A stretch of 36,146 bases of DNA from Verrucomicrobiota bacterium (GCA_038209745.1 JBBQXJ010000046.1:1-36146); one strand, 5' to 3'. Numbered from the stretch's first letter, positions 13,329 to 22,674 are shown. The notes: generated from the letters alone by a model not told the origin. Numbers and translations: made by a program.

Positions 13329-14285
13329 ATGGCAGACGCTGCACTGAAATCCCGGGCGACCCGCGGGCTGATCCTCGCGACAGCCTGTTGGGGGCTGAGC
13401 TTTCCGGTGATGAAGTCGCTCTTTCTCCTTCAGGAACCGGCGTTGCCCGGGCGAAGCACCTTCTTCGTTTCGGCCCTGTGTCTCGTCTACCGGTTTGGTC
13501 TCGCCGCGCTGGTGATGTCGGCCATGACCGCGCACACGCTGCGGAAACTGACCTGGAACGAGGTCTGGCACGGGCTGGGCGTCGGCGTGTTCGGCGGTGT
13601 CGGGATCTTTTTCCAGATGGACGCGTTGGCCAGCACCTCGGCCAGCACCTCGGCGTTTCTTACGCAGACCTATTGCCTGATCCTGCCGTGGTGGGTGGCG
13701 GCGAGGGACCGACGCTGGCCTTCCTGGCAATTGCTGTCGGGCAGCGTGCTGGTGGTCACGGGCATCGCCGTGCTGTCGGGAATGAGCGTGGGAGAACTCA
13801 GGATGGGCCGGGGAGAACTGGAGACCATCCTGGCCTCGGTCATCTTCGTCGGGCAGATCCTGTGGCTGGAGCGCCCACGGTTCGTCGAATGCCGAACAGA
13901 ACACACCACTCTGGTCATGTTCGCGGCGACGGCGCTGGTCTGCCTGCCGGTGGCCCTGGCCACGACGCGCGAGGCGGGCGATTGGGCGACGGCCTACAGC
14001 ACTCCCGGATCGTGGGTCCTGCTGGGGCTGCTGGTCGGCGTCTGCACGCTGGGAGCGTTTCTGCTGATGACCCGTTGGCAACGCCACGTGGGTGCGGCGT
14101 TGGCGGGATTGATCTATTGCTGCGAGCCGCTCTTCGCCAGCTTTGTGGCGCTCTTCGTGCCGGGCTGGATCAGCCAATCGACGGGCATCGCCTATCCCAA
14201 CGAAGAACTCACCCGGAACCTCCTGTTCGGCGGTGGTCTCATCCTCGCCGCCAACGCGCTGGCGCAGTGGCGGCCGAAGGGGTGA
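13329..14285 (+). CDS. EamA/DMT family transporter
   Basis: About 10 hydrophobic segments; WGLSFPVMK, YRFGLA, IYCCEPLFA motifs. Confidence 0.88.
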   Translation: MADAALKSRATRGLILATACWGLSFPVMKSLFLLQEPALPGRSTFFVSALCLVYRFGLAALVMSAMTAHTLRKLTWNEVWHGLGVGVFGGVGIFFQMDALASTSASTSAFLTQTYCLILPWWVAARDRRWPSWQLLSGSVLVVTGIAVLSGMSVGELRMGRGELETILASVIFVGQILWLERPRFVECRTEHTTLVMFAATALVCLPVALATTREAGDWATAYSTPGSWVLLGLLVGVCTLGAFLLMTRWQRHVGAALAGLIYCCEPLFASFVALFVPGWISQSTGIAYPNEELTRNLLFGGGLILAANALAQWRPKG

Positions 14286-16934
14286 TCAATTCCGAGGAGG
14301 ATCGAAGATCCCCGCGAGCCGGATGGGTTTGCGGGAGGGTGCGAGCACGGTGGACGACGGCATTCGGTTCATAGCCGGATCCAAAAGCCAAAGCCCACCG
14401 TCGGCGGCCAGTGCGACAATGCCCCCCAGCGAATCGCGGTAGGTCTGCGACACCCAGTCCGAGTTGCGGCTCAGTCGAACCGGTTTGGGCTGCTTGCCGT
14501 TATGCAGGTTCGACCATGTTGCGGCCATGTCCCACATCCAGAGGGATCTGTCGTTCTTGAGACCGACTACGCTGTTGCCCCACGGCAGACCGAGACTCTC
14601 TTTGAATCCGATCAGGGCACCGCGTGTCCCCATGGGCAGGACGGAGAACGACCGCCAATCCGTCGAGGAGTCCAGCCGGTGCACCGAGTTGGAGAAGGTG
14701 ATCCAGCCGGATCGTGAAAAGTTGGTTTGATAGTTGAACTGGACCTCGGGAGGCGCGTTTGGCGGCGTCTTCACGAGGAACGACGCGAACATCGACGAAC
14801 CGCCCAAGGAGTAGATGTAACCAGAGAGTTGGGGACCGTCCCGGGTTTTTTGGAGCCAGTTTCCGCCAGGGTTCGGGTATTGGTCCGCGCTCTTGGGATC
14901 GTTGTTCCAACGCCAGATATTGCCTTCGGAATCTTCGACCAAGGATTGCCAATTGAAACGTTGCCGGTCGTCCACGATGCGTCGCCATGTTTGACTGCGA
15001 TTCACCTGGACGGGGTTTCCGGAAAACTCGCTCTTGGCCGGGGTTCCCTTCATCGGCCAACACCAGAGCGTGTGGTCGGCGCGGATCGCGAGCAGGTAGT
15101 TCGGGCCGTCTCCGATGTCGATCCACTTTTCCCCTGACGATCCAGGCATCTCGGTGGGAGCCAGCTTGCTTCCGTAGCCGTTGGTGGCCGCTAGAAACCA
15201 GAGCGATCCGTCGCTCTTTAGGGCGACGACGGGGCCGTTGGCCGTCGTCGCCAACGCGGTCCAGTCCTTTCCAGGAACCATGCCCTCGGAGCCGGACAGG
15301 AACGCGGGGGAATCCCACTGTTGCTTGGCGGCGGTCCAGATCTGTCCGCTGGGAAGCAGGACCAGCGCCCGATCCCAGCGAGCCACGATCATCGCTTCGC
15401 CCTTCTCCACCATTTGCGCCGGGCCGTGGGCCGGTTCGCGATAGGTCAGGACCTCCCAGCAGCGATTGTACGTGAGCGAGGCGGCCGTCATGGAGACTGG
15501 CAGCAGCAGGGACCATTTCACCAGGCTCTTCAGCCCATCGGGCGCACCTACTGCGGGACGGACGGCATATCGGAAAATCTGGCGGAGAAGGAACACCCCG
15601 ATGGCGGACCAGATGATCCAGCGTCCGAGAGTCTCTGAGTAAAACGGCGGCGGAAGATGAGCTGCCAAGACAGTTCCCGCCAGCAGGAGCGCCGCCGGAA
15701 GAATGATCGCGAACGCCGCCAGAAGCCCCCGACTCAGCGTGGAGGCGTAGATCCCGGCGAGGGTCAGCAGCGCGGAAATCAACATGCTCGCCTCGAGAGC
15801 CTGGAGAGAGATGGACCGGGCCATGACCGAATCCGCGACGCCGAGGACGGGCTTCAGCAGTTCGATGGTTCGAGGAATGACCGCTCCGAGCGCCACTCCC
15901 AGCAACAGGCTTACGGAGAGTTTGACGGCGAGAAACTTCCAGCGGGCGATGGGCAGACAAAGCTGGCCTACCAAAGTGTGATGGTGCCGCTCTTCCGCGA
16001 TGGCCCTGCCACCGATGACCATTGGAAGCAGTTGCCAAAGAACCCAGAAATGGGCGAGGAGGGTCTCGAAGAGGCTGGCGTCTGATTTGGCGGATATGTT
16101 GCCGACCCGCTGAAGGACAATGACTGCGACTTGGACGATGGCGAAGCCCGTCGCCATTAGCAGGCTCTCCCGCTGGAACTGGAACTCCTTTCGAACCTGC
16201 GCGGCGATTGGACCCATCGGAGATACGAACGTGCCGGAGTCTTTCGATAAGGCTTCGGGACGTCTTGAGATCCAGTTGACTAGACCGCGCTGCGGGGCCT
16301 CCTGCCAATGAAGGAACAGGGCTGCAGCCGCGATCAGCCCCGCCCCACTGTAGCCAAGAAGGAACACCGTGGAGAGAAAAGCGGAAGGATTGAGCGTCAC
16401 CGGGGTAATCGCGCTGACGAACCACGCGCCTTGTGCCCACTCCAGCCCCAATCGCAACAGCAACGGCAAAAGCACCGCTACCCAGAACGCGGTCGATACC
16501 TGGCGGAAGAGCAAGGTGGCCCAGAGGCCGCCGCTGACCGTGACCAGCAAGGGGACGACCGCAAAGCCGCCAATCCCTCCGGATTGATTCAGGATTACCG
16601 ATTCGCTGCTTCCTGTTCGGGCGATCAGAACCGTGATCAGCCAAAGGCTGAGGACGGCGATCCCGAGCACGGAAAATTTGGCGGCCAAGAGCCGCTGCCG
16701 CGCTGCCGGCATCGCCAGCAACTGCGACAGCGTTTCCCCTCCCAGCTCTTGGCCAAAAGTGGTCAATCCGAGAAACAATCCGGCCGCGCCCAACAGCAGC
16801 CCCGCCCAACCGGACAGTTCAAGTCCGTGGGCTGGGCCTATTGCCATCAGGCACCCCGCGATCAGCGCGAGAACAGTGGCGGGAATCCAACTGGGAAGGA
16901 GCAGCCGGACCTCCTTCTTCAAAAGCGCGTTCAT
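14286..16934 (-). CDS. ABC-2-type permease (duplicated membrane domain) with C-terminal RCC1-like repeat domain
   Basis: Two copies of KE...E...TL..L..P..R..L..K; C-terminal repeats ALKSDGSLW, AIRADHTLW, GLKNDRSLW, ALAADGGLW; overlaps the ATPase stop by 4 nt. Confidence 0.75.
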   Translation of the reverse strand: MNALLKKEVRLLLPSWIPATVLALIAGCLMAIGPAHGLELSGWAGLLLGAAGLFLGLTTFGQELGGETLSQLLAMPAARQRLLAAKFSVLGIAVLSLWLITVLIARTGSSESVILNQSGGIGGFAVVPLLVTVSGGLWATLLFRQVSTAFWVAVLLPLLLRLGLEWAQGAWFVSAITPVTLNPSAFLSTVFLLGYSGAGLIAAAALFLHWQEAPQRGLVNWISRRPEALSKDSGTFVSPMGPIAAQVRKEFQFQRESLLMATGFAIVQVAVIVLQRVGNISAKSDASLFETLLAHFWVLWQLLPMVIGGRAIAEERHHHTLVGQLCLPIARWKFLAVKLSVSLLLGVALGAVIPRTIELLKPVLGVADSVMARSISLQALEASMLISALLTLAGIYASTLSRGLLAAFAIILPAALLLAGTVLAAHLPPPFYSETLGRWIIWSAIGVFLLRQIFRYAVRPAVGAPDGLKSLVKWSLLLPVSMTAASLTYNRCWEVLTYREPAHGPAQMVEKGEAMIVARWDRALVLLPSGQIWTAAKQQWDSPAFLSGSEGMVPGKDWTALATTANGPVVALKSDGSLWFLAATNGYGSKLAPTEMPGSSGEKWIDIGDGPNYLLAIRADHTLWCWPMKGTPAKSEFSGNPVQVNRSQTWRRIVDDRQRFNWQSLVEDSEGNIWRWNNDPKSADQYPNPGGNWLQKTRDGPQLSGYIYSLGGSSMFASFLVKTPPNAPPEVQFNYQTNFSRSGWITFSNSVHRLDSSTDWRSFSVLPMGTRGALIGFKESLGLPWGNSVVGLKNDRSLWMWDMAATWSNLHNGKQPKPVRLSRNSDWVSQTYRDSLGGIVALAADGGLWLLDPAMNRMPSSTVLAPSRKPIRLAGIFDPPRN

Positions 16935-17833
16935 GGTTTCGCGGGGGCGAGGGTTTTGGAGGCGACGAAGATCTCCTCCAGGGTGAGGGATTCGCAGCGG
17001 AGGTCTTCGGGCCCGTGGCTGCGGAGGGTGTCCATCAGCCGGTCGGTGGCGCCGTTGGCCAGGATCTCCATTTCGCGGCCGAAGTGGCGGACGCTGAGCG
17101 AGCCGGTCAGATCGAGTTGCGGCGGGGATTCGGCGAAACGGGCTCGGATCTTCCGGAAACGACTACGGGCTTCGTCGGCGTTCATGGTGAGCAGTTCCCG
17201 GCCGTGGTCGATGATGGTGAAGTCGTCGATCAGACCCTCGAACTCGGCGATCAGATGGGTGGAGACGAAGACGGTCCGGGCGCCTTCGCCGGCGGATTGG
17301 TAGGCGCCGATGACGGTCTCGATGAACTCGCGGCGGACGATGGGATCGAGGCCCGAGGTAGGTTCATCGAGCAGCAGCAGGTCGGGCTCGGGACAGACGG
17401 CGACTATGAGCGCGAGCTGGGTTTTCTGGCCCTTCGACATGCTGGCGGCATTCTGCGCCGGGTTCAGATCGAGGCGTTTCAGCAGGTCCGTTTGGAGGTC
17501 GCGGTTCCACTTCGGCCGGAAGCTGGCGAAGTAGTGGAGCGTGTCCATGACGGTCATCCATGGATAGAAGGCGACGGCGTCGGGCACGTAGCTCAGGCGG
17601 GACTTCACGGCGACTTCATCGCGGCGCGGATCGAGGCCGAAGACGCGGACCTGGCCGGAGTCGGGCTTCAGGAGGTTGAGCAGGCACTTGATGGTGGTGG
17701 TCTTGCCGGCGCCGTTGCGGCCGAAGAAGCCGTAGCAGCGGCCGGGCGGCACGGTGAGGCTGAGTCCGTTGACGGCGTCCTGTTTGCCGTAGCGTCGGAC
17801 GAGTTGGTCGATGGCGATGGCGGGGGTGTTCAT
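16931..17833 (-). CDS. ABC transporter ATP-binding protein (YtrB-like)
   Basis: Walker A GRNGAGKTT, signature MSKGQ, Walker B LLLLDE, STH; ATG 17833 overlaps the GntR stop. Confidence 0.95.
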   Translation of the reverse strand: MNTPAIAIDQLVRRYGKQDAVNGLSLTVPPGRCYGFFGRNGAGKTTTIKCLLNLLKPDSGQVRVFGLDPRRDEVAVKSRLSYVPDAVAFYPWMTVMDTLHYFASFRPKWNRDLQTDLLKRLDLNPAQNAASMSKGQKTQLALIVAVCPEPDLLLLDEPTSGLDPIVRREFIETVIGAYQSAGEGARTVFVSTHLIAEFEGLIDDFTIIDHGRELLTMNADEARSRFRKIRARFAESPPQLDLTGSLSVRHFGREMEILANGATDRLMDTLRSHGPEDLRCESLTLEEIFVASKTLAPAKP

Positions 17834-18237
17834 GGGGTCTCCTTGGCTGAAGCGGCTTTGTCTTGGAAGTAGTCGAGGCGTTCGTCGACCAGCTTGAGGA
17901 ACGCGGCCCGGTCCACCTGGAGGTGGTGGGCCGTGACGACCGCTTCGTCGATCTCGGTCATCAGCAGCTTCTGCTTCACCTGCTTGGTGAAGGGCGTCGC
18001 GGCATCGGTCAGGAAGCAGCCCTTGCCCGGCAGCGTCTCGATGACGCCCTGGCCCTCCAGTTCCGAATAGGCCTTGGCGACGGTGTTGCGATTGACGCGG
18101 AGCTGCTCGGCGAGAACGCGGACGGAGGGCAGGGGTTCGCCGTTGCGAATGACGCCGGAGGCGGCGGCGTAGCGGACTTGATCGACCAACTGGAGATAGA
18201 CCGGCTTGCCTGACTTGAAATCGATCTCGAGTAGCAT
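17830..18237 (-). CDS. GntR-family regulator, YtrA subfamily
   Basis: 135 aa; PVYLQLVDQV, LPSVRVLA, VNRNTVAKAYSELE..G; short C-terminus; heads an ABC operon. Confidence 0.93.
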   Translation of the reverse strand: MLLEIDFKSGKPVYLQLVDQVRYAAASGVIRNGEPLPSVRVLAEQLRVNRNTVAKAYSELEGQGVIETLPGKGCFLTDAATPFTKQVKQKLLMTEIDEAVVTAHHLQVDRAAFLKLVDERLDYFQDKAASAKETP

Positions 18238-18249
18238 GGGATTCCTTAA

Positions 18250-18287
18250 CTGTCATAGGACAGTATGACGGCTGGAGATTTGGTCAA
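18250..18287 (-). promoter_or_regulatory. Sigma70-type promoter with overlapping YtrA-type operator
   Basis: Minus strand TTGACC (18282-18287)-N16-TACTGT (18260-18265); palindrome GTCATA-N6-TATGAC (18252-18269) covers the -10; AAGGA just before the ATG. Confidence 0.7.
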
Positions 18288-18368
18288 GGAAGAATGTGGG
18301 ATTGGGTTGGAGCGGCGGGCGTTTTCGTGACTCGAAGTGTTCCTCGGTTGGGGGTTTTTCGGATCCAA

Positions 18369-18474
18369 GCCGGAACGGTGCAGTGGGGATTGGGGAGCGC
18401 GCCCGGTCCGGGGTGCGCCGGACACCAAGCGAGGCGGCTGCGCTCCCCATTCATTTCCACTGCCTCGTTCCGGC
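18369..18474. repeat. Long imperfect intergenic palindrome (REP/MITE-like)
   Basis: Nested arms GCCGGAACG/CGTTCCGGC, GCAGTGG/CCACTGC and TGGGGAGCGC/GCGCTCCCCA. Confidence 0.75.
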
Positions 18475-18698
18475 CAGGGGCGAACGACGGGAGTGGGTTG
18501 TGGTGCGGGCCAGACGGGATGACCGCTCTTACGAATCGCTGTGCTTGGCCCCACGAAAAGGGAAGGCGGCAGATTCTGGAAACGGAACCGGCCTGGTGTG
18601 CGTTTTCCATGGAACGAACGAACAGGCGGGTCTTTTCCGTTTGTTCTCCGGCTGGTTTTGAACACCTTGCCCGGAGTGTCCGTCACAAACCCAGCGTC

Positions 18699-19886
18699 AT
18701 GACCGAACAGAGACCTTCAGTTCCAGCCGGTTCCTTAGCCGGATTCGACTTTCTACCGCGGCAACGGCTGGTCTTCGGGGCCGGCACGGCGGCGCGTGTC
18801 GGTGAACTGGCGAAGGAGCTGGGCGCGACGCGGGTCCTGTTGGTGACCGATCCAGGCATCGTGGCGGCGGGCCACGCGGCGCGGGTGGAGACAAGCCTCA
18901 AGGAGGCGGGCCTGTCTGTCGCGGTCTTCGACCAGGTTCGGGAAAATCCCTCCACCGCCGACGTGGCGCGCTGCTTGAAGGTGGCCCAGGAGGCGCGGAT
19001 CGACTTCATCGTGGGACTGGGCGGCGGCAGTTCGATGGACACGGCCAAGGGGACGAACTTTCTCCTGACGAACGGCGGCGAGATGAAGGACTACTGGGGC
19101 GTCGGCAAAGCGACAAAGCCGATGCTGCCCATGATCGCGATTCCCACGACTTCAGGGACGGGCAGCGAATGCCAGTCGGCCGCGCTGATTGCGGACGAGG
19201 CGACGCACCAGAAGATGGCGTGCCTCGATCCCAAGACGATCGCGAAGGTGGCGTTGCTGGATCCGGACCTGACCGAGTCGTTGCCGAGGGGTGTGGCGGC
19301 CTGTACCGGGACCGACGCGATCGCCCACGCGGTCGAAACGGCGGTCTCGCGGAAGCGCACCCCATTGTCGCGAATGTTTTCCCGGGAGGCGTTCCGGCTC
19401 TGCGCGCACCGTTTGCCGGAGATTCTGGTCCGGGGAGCTTCGGCGGAAGCGCGGGGCGAGATGCTGCTCGGCGCGGCGTTTGCCGGCACGGCGATCGAGA
19501 ACTCGATGCTGGGGGCGGCCCATGCGGCGGCCAATCCGTTGACGGCCCACTATGGGATTGTCCATGGGCAGGCCGTGGGATTGATGCTGCCACACGTGGT
19601 GCGGTTCAACGGAGAGGAACCGGGTTGCGAAGAGGCCTACGCCGAACTGTTGGCCGCTCTCCGTCTCGGCCTCGATGCCGACAAGTCGGCGGCGGAGCAG
19701 CTGGCGGTCTTGCTGGAGCGGCTTCTTCGGGAAGCGGGTCTGAACGCGCGGCTGCGCGATCTGGGACTTCCCGAGTCGGCGCCGGCCAGCTTGGCTTTGG
19801 AAGCGTCGCAGCAATGGACGGCCACCTTCAATCCGCGGCCCGCCGACCCCAAAGATTTCCAGCGACTGTACCAGGCCGCGTGGTAG
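18699..19886 (+). CDS. Iron-containing alcohol dehydrogenase
   Basis: LLVTDPG, GGGSSMDTAK, PTTSGTGSE, DAIAHAVE, H...HG metal-ligand pattern. Start taken at ATG 18699. Confidence 0.93.
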   Translation: MTEQRPSVPAGSLAGFDFLPRQRLVFGAGTAARVGELAKELGATRVLLVTDPGIVAAGHAARVETSLKEAGLSVAVFDQVRENPSTADVARCLKVAQEARIDFIVGLGGGSSMDTAKGTNFLLTNGGEMKDYWGVGKATKPMLPMIAIPTTSGTGSECQSAALIADEATHQKMACLDPKTIAKVALLDPDLTESLPRGVAACTGTDAIAHAVETAVSRKRTPLSRMFSREAFRLCAHRLPEILVRGASAEARGEMLLGAAFAGTAIENSMLGAAHAAANPLTAHYGIVHGQAVGLMLPHVVRFNGEEPGCEEAYAELLAALRLGLDADKSAAEQLAVLLERLLREAGLNARLRDLGLPESAPASLALEASQQWTATFNPRPADPKDFQRLYQAAW

Positions 19887-19905
19887 AGCCGATGCGATGG
19901 TGAAA

Positions 19906-19943
19906 TGAAACGGCCGGCAACCCGAGGGTTGCCGGCCGTTTCA
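19906..19943. terminator. Bidirectional terminator-like hairpin
   Basis: Perfect 18-nt arms TGAAACGGCCGGCAACCC / GGGTTGCCGGCCGTTTCA between two convergent genes. Confidence 0.85.
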
Positions 19944-19965
19944 CTGTCCGCGACGGAGGGGACGG

Positions 19966-20352
19966 TTATTTGGCTTTGAGGATCTTCAACGTGTATTCGT
20001 CCGAGAGGAGGCTGTTCTTCTGCAGTTGGGGAAACCGCTTGTTTTCGAAATCAAACTTGAAGAAGTAGTGGACGAGAGAATCGCCGGGCTCGATCGGGAT
20101 GAACGCCTCCCAGCGGTCTTTCACGAAGGGCGTGCGCTTCATGGGATAGCTCTCGGTTCCCACCACCACATGTCCCTCCAGCGTGCTGGTCTTGAGGCTC
20201 TGGTCCCGGGTGTGCCACTGGGCTTCGATCGGGTAGAAACCGTCCGGGGCGCGGCTCATCTGGGACGAGGTGAGGTTCGTGATGGAGGAGCAGCCTGCAA
20301 AGAGGAGGGCGGCCAGGGCCACCGGCGCGGTCTTCATCAACGTCATTCGCAT
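19966..20352 (-). CDS. Hypothetical lipoprotein
   Basis: Signal peptide with lipobox LFAGC; beta-rich mature part; start uncertain (ATGs at 20352, 20346, 20337). Confidence 0.75.
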   Translation of the reverse strand: MRMTLMKTAPVALAALLFAGCSSITNLTSSQMSRAPDGFYPIEAQWHTRDQSLKTSTLEGHVVVGTESYPMKRTPFVKDRWEAFIPIEPGDSLVHYFFKFDFENKRFPQLQKNSLLSDEYTLKILKAK

Positions 20353-20497
20353 GGGTTTCAAATAGCCGGGCGCCGTTCGGGTTGTCGAGATGGGAGTTGT
20401 GCGGCCTCGGATGCAGCGGTTGTTTCCTGCGGCGACACGGAGTCGGCATCAAAGATGTTTTGCATCGGTGCCGGCCGGTGCGGAACATCGCCGCACG

Positions 20498-21628
20498 ATG
20501 TTGAAACGGACCCCCCTTTTCGAGGCCCACCAGCGGCTCGGCGGCAAACTGATCGAATTCGGCGGCTGGGAGATGCCGGTGCAATACACGTCGATCTCGG
20601 ATGAACACCATTGCGTCCGGAAGGCCGCCGGCGTTTTCGACATCTCCCACATGGGCGAGGTCTTCGTCGGGGGCGACGGGGCCGAGGCGTTCCTCAACGC
20701 CACTCTGACGAACGACGTCCGCAAGCTCGCCGTCGGGCTCGGGCAATACACCCTCATGTGCAACGAGGCCGGCGGGGTGATCGACGACCTCTACGTCTAC
20801 CACGTCGCCCCGGGCGAATACCTGCTCATCATCAACGCGTCCCGGATCGATGCCGATTGGGAGTGGTTGCAGGAGCGCCACCGCGCCTTCGCGGCAGCGG
20901 CGTCCGTCACGATGGACCAGGCTTCGGACCGGTTCGGGGCGATCGCCGTGCAGGGGCCCAGGGTCGCGGAATTCATCGACAAGGTGTTGCCCGGTCCGTC
21001 GCTGGCCGGCACCCCCGCCACGCTGGTGACGGATCTGGCCAAGAACCAGGTGGGCGACTGGATGGTCGATGGAAAACGGGTCTATGTGGGACGGACCGGC
21101 TACACGGGCGAAGACGGATTCGAGATCGTCGCGCCTGCGGAGACCATCGGCGATGTCTTCGACCGCGTGCTGGCGATCGGCCGGGATTTCGGAGTGCGGC
21201 CCAGCGGCCTCGGGGCCCGCGACACGCTCCGCACGGAAGCGTGTTTTCCGCTTTACGGACACGAACTCGACGAGAAGAGGACGCCGATCGAAGCCGGTGT
21301 CGGATTCTTCGTGTCGTTGGGCAAGGGCGACTTTGTCGGTCGTTCCGTGCTGGCCGGGCAGAAGGCCGACGGGGTCGCCCAACGCTGTGTCGCCTTCAAA
21401 ATGGTGGGTGCTGCGCCGCCGCCGCGACCGGGCTATGCCATCTTCGTCGGTGGCGAGTCCGTTGGCCTCGTGGTCAGCGGCACGCAGAGCCCGACCCTCG
21501 CGTGTGGCATCGGCATGGGCTATGTGCCTTCGGGCGTCGCCGTGCCGGGCACCGTCGTCGAGATCGAGATCCGTGGCCGACGCTTTCCGGCGGAGGTCGT
21601 TAAAAAGCCCCTCTACAAGAAGGCCTGA
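20498..21628 (+). CDS. gcvT: Glycine cleavage system aminomethyltransferase T
   Basis: LKRTPL, FGGWEMPVQY, FDISHMG, RTGYTGEDGFE, GLGARDTLRTEA, LYGHEL. Confidence 0.97.
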   Translation: MLKRTPLFEAHQRLGGKLIEFGGWEMPVQYTSISDEHHCVRKAAGVFDISHMGEVFVGGDGAEAFLNATLTNDVRKLAVGLGQYTLMCNEAGGVIDDLYVYHVAPGEYLLIINASRIDADWEWLQERHRAFAAAASVTMDQASDRFGAIAVQGPRVAEFIDKVLPGPSLAGTPATLVTDLAKNQVGDWMVDGKRVYVGRTGYTGEDGFEIVAPAETIGDVFDRVLAIGRDFGVRPSGLGARDTLRTEACFPLYGHELDEKRTPIEAGVGFFVSLGKGDFVGRSVLAGQKADGVAQRCVAFKMVGAAPPPRPGYAIFVGGESVGLVVSGTQSPTLACGIGMGYVPSGVAVPGTVVEIEIRGRRFPAEVVKKPLYKKA

Positions 21629-21716
21629 AGATCCAGCCGCATTTGGGGCGACGCCGAGGGAACAACGGCGTTGACCCCGCTCACACGCCGTCGTCAATCT
21701 CAGCCCCCAGAACACT

Positions 21717-22100
21717 ATGACCAACGTCCCCGCCGATCTGAAATACGCCAAATCCCACGAATGGGTCCGGGTGTCCGGTGACACCGCCACCGTCGGAATC
21801 ACCGACCACGCCCAGCACGAATTGACCGACATCGTCTTCGTGGAGCTCCCGGCCGCCGGCCGCACGGTCAAGGCCGGGGAAGCCTGCGCCGTCGTCGAGT
21901 CGGTCAAGACCGCCAGCGACATCTATTCGCCCGTCGGCGGCGAGATCCTGGAAGTGAACGGCGCGCTGGCTGGGAATCCGGCCCTCGTGAACAAGGAGTC
22001 CTATACCGGCGGCTGGTTCTACAAGGTCAAGCTGGCGAACCCCGCCGACGTGTCCGCGCTCATGAACGCCGACACCTACAAGTCGCAGATCGGCGGTTGA
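21717..22100 (+). CDS. gcvH: Glycine cleavage system H protein
   Basis: YAKSHEW, GITDHAQ, VESVKTASD (lipoyl-Lys), GWFYK. Confidence 0.97.
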   Translation: MTNVPADLKYAKSHEWVRVSGDTATVGITDHAQHELTDIVFVELPAAGRTVKAGEACAVVESVKTASDIYSPVGGEILEVNGALAGNPALVNKESYTGGWFYKVKLANPADVSALMNADTYKSQIGG

Positions 22101-22138
22101 AGAAGATGGTCACGGTGGTCGAGCCGCGGCTCCTGCCT

Positions 22139-22480
22139 TCAGTGCCCGCTCGGCCGCTTCCTCCGGAGCAAACTCAGCCCCACGATGGCGAAGCCGCCTG
22201 CGGCCACGGTCACCGTGTCGGTGACGAGGAACGTCACCGGGGCGGGTTGGCTGGGGAGATCGTCCGAGAAGCTCGTGAAGTCCGGTTCCGGCGCCGGGTG
22301 CTTGTCTGGACCCTTCCATGAAGCTCCCTTGGCCGGAGTCGCCGCGGTCAGCGGGAATCCGTCGTCGAGCGCAGTCGTCCGCCGGAACGATTCGCCGCCA
22401 TTCACCCAGAGAACAGCCAAGGAGAAGGTCAGCAACGCCGCTCCGGCGGTCCGCTGCGGATTATGGAACCATTTCCTCAT
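22139..22480 (-). CDS. Small hypothetical protein with N-terminal signal and C-terminal TM plus basic tail
   Basis: 113 aa from ATG 22480; hydrophobic N-region, Pro-rich middle, AAGGFAIVGLSLL-RRKR end. Confidence 0.55.
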   Translation of the reverse strand: MRKWFHNPQRTAGAALLTFSLAVLWVNGGESFRRTTALDDGFPLTAATPAKGASWKGPDKHPAPEPDFTSFSDDLPSQPAPVTFLVTDTVTVAAGGFAIVGLSLLRRKRPSGH

Positions 22481-22674
22481 CCGAGGGAGGTGATCGGCTG
22501 GAAGCGGACGCGCGTTGAGGCGAGAAATTGGGCATGGAGTGCCTTCAGTGTCGCTGGAGCGCAGATCCTGAAGCGGTTCCGCTTTTCTCGCGCATTGAAC
22601 TTTAGTGGCGGGTCGGCTACAGACTGGGCTCCCGGTTGTCGCGGAAAACCAACCGGCCCCGAACCAAAAACCGC

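Noticed and set aside
20400..20497. Glycine riboswitch upstream of gcvT
   Set aside because: A small stem-loop is possible, but the conserved GGAGA/CCGAAG/CUCUCAGG elements are absent and the spacer is short.
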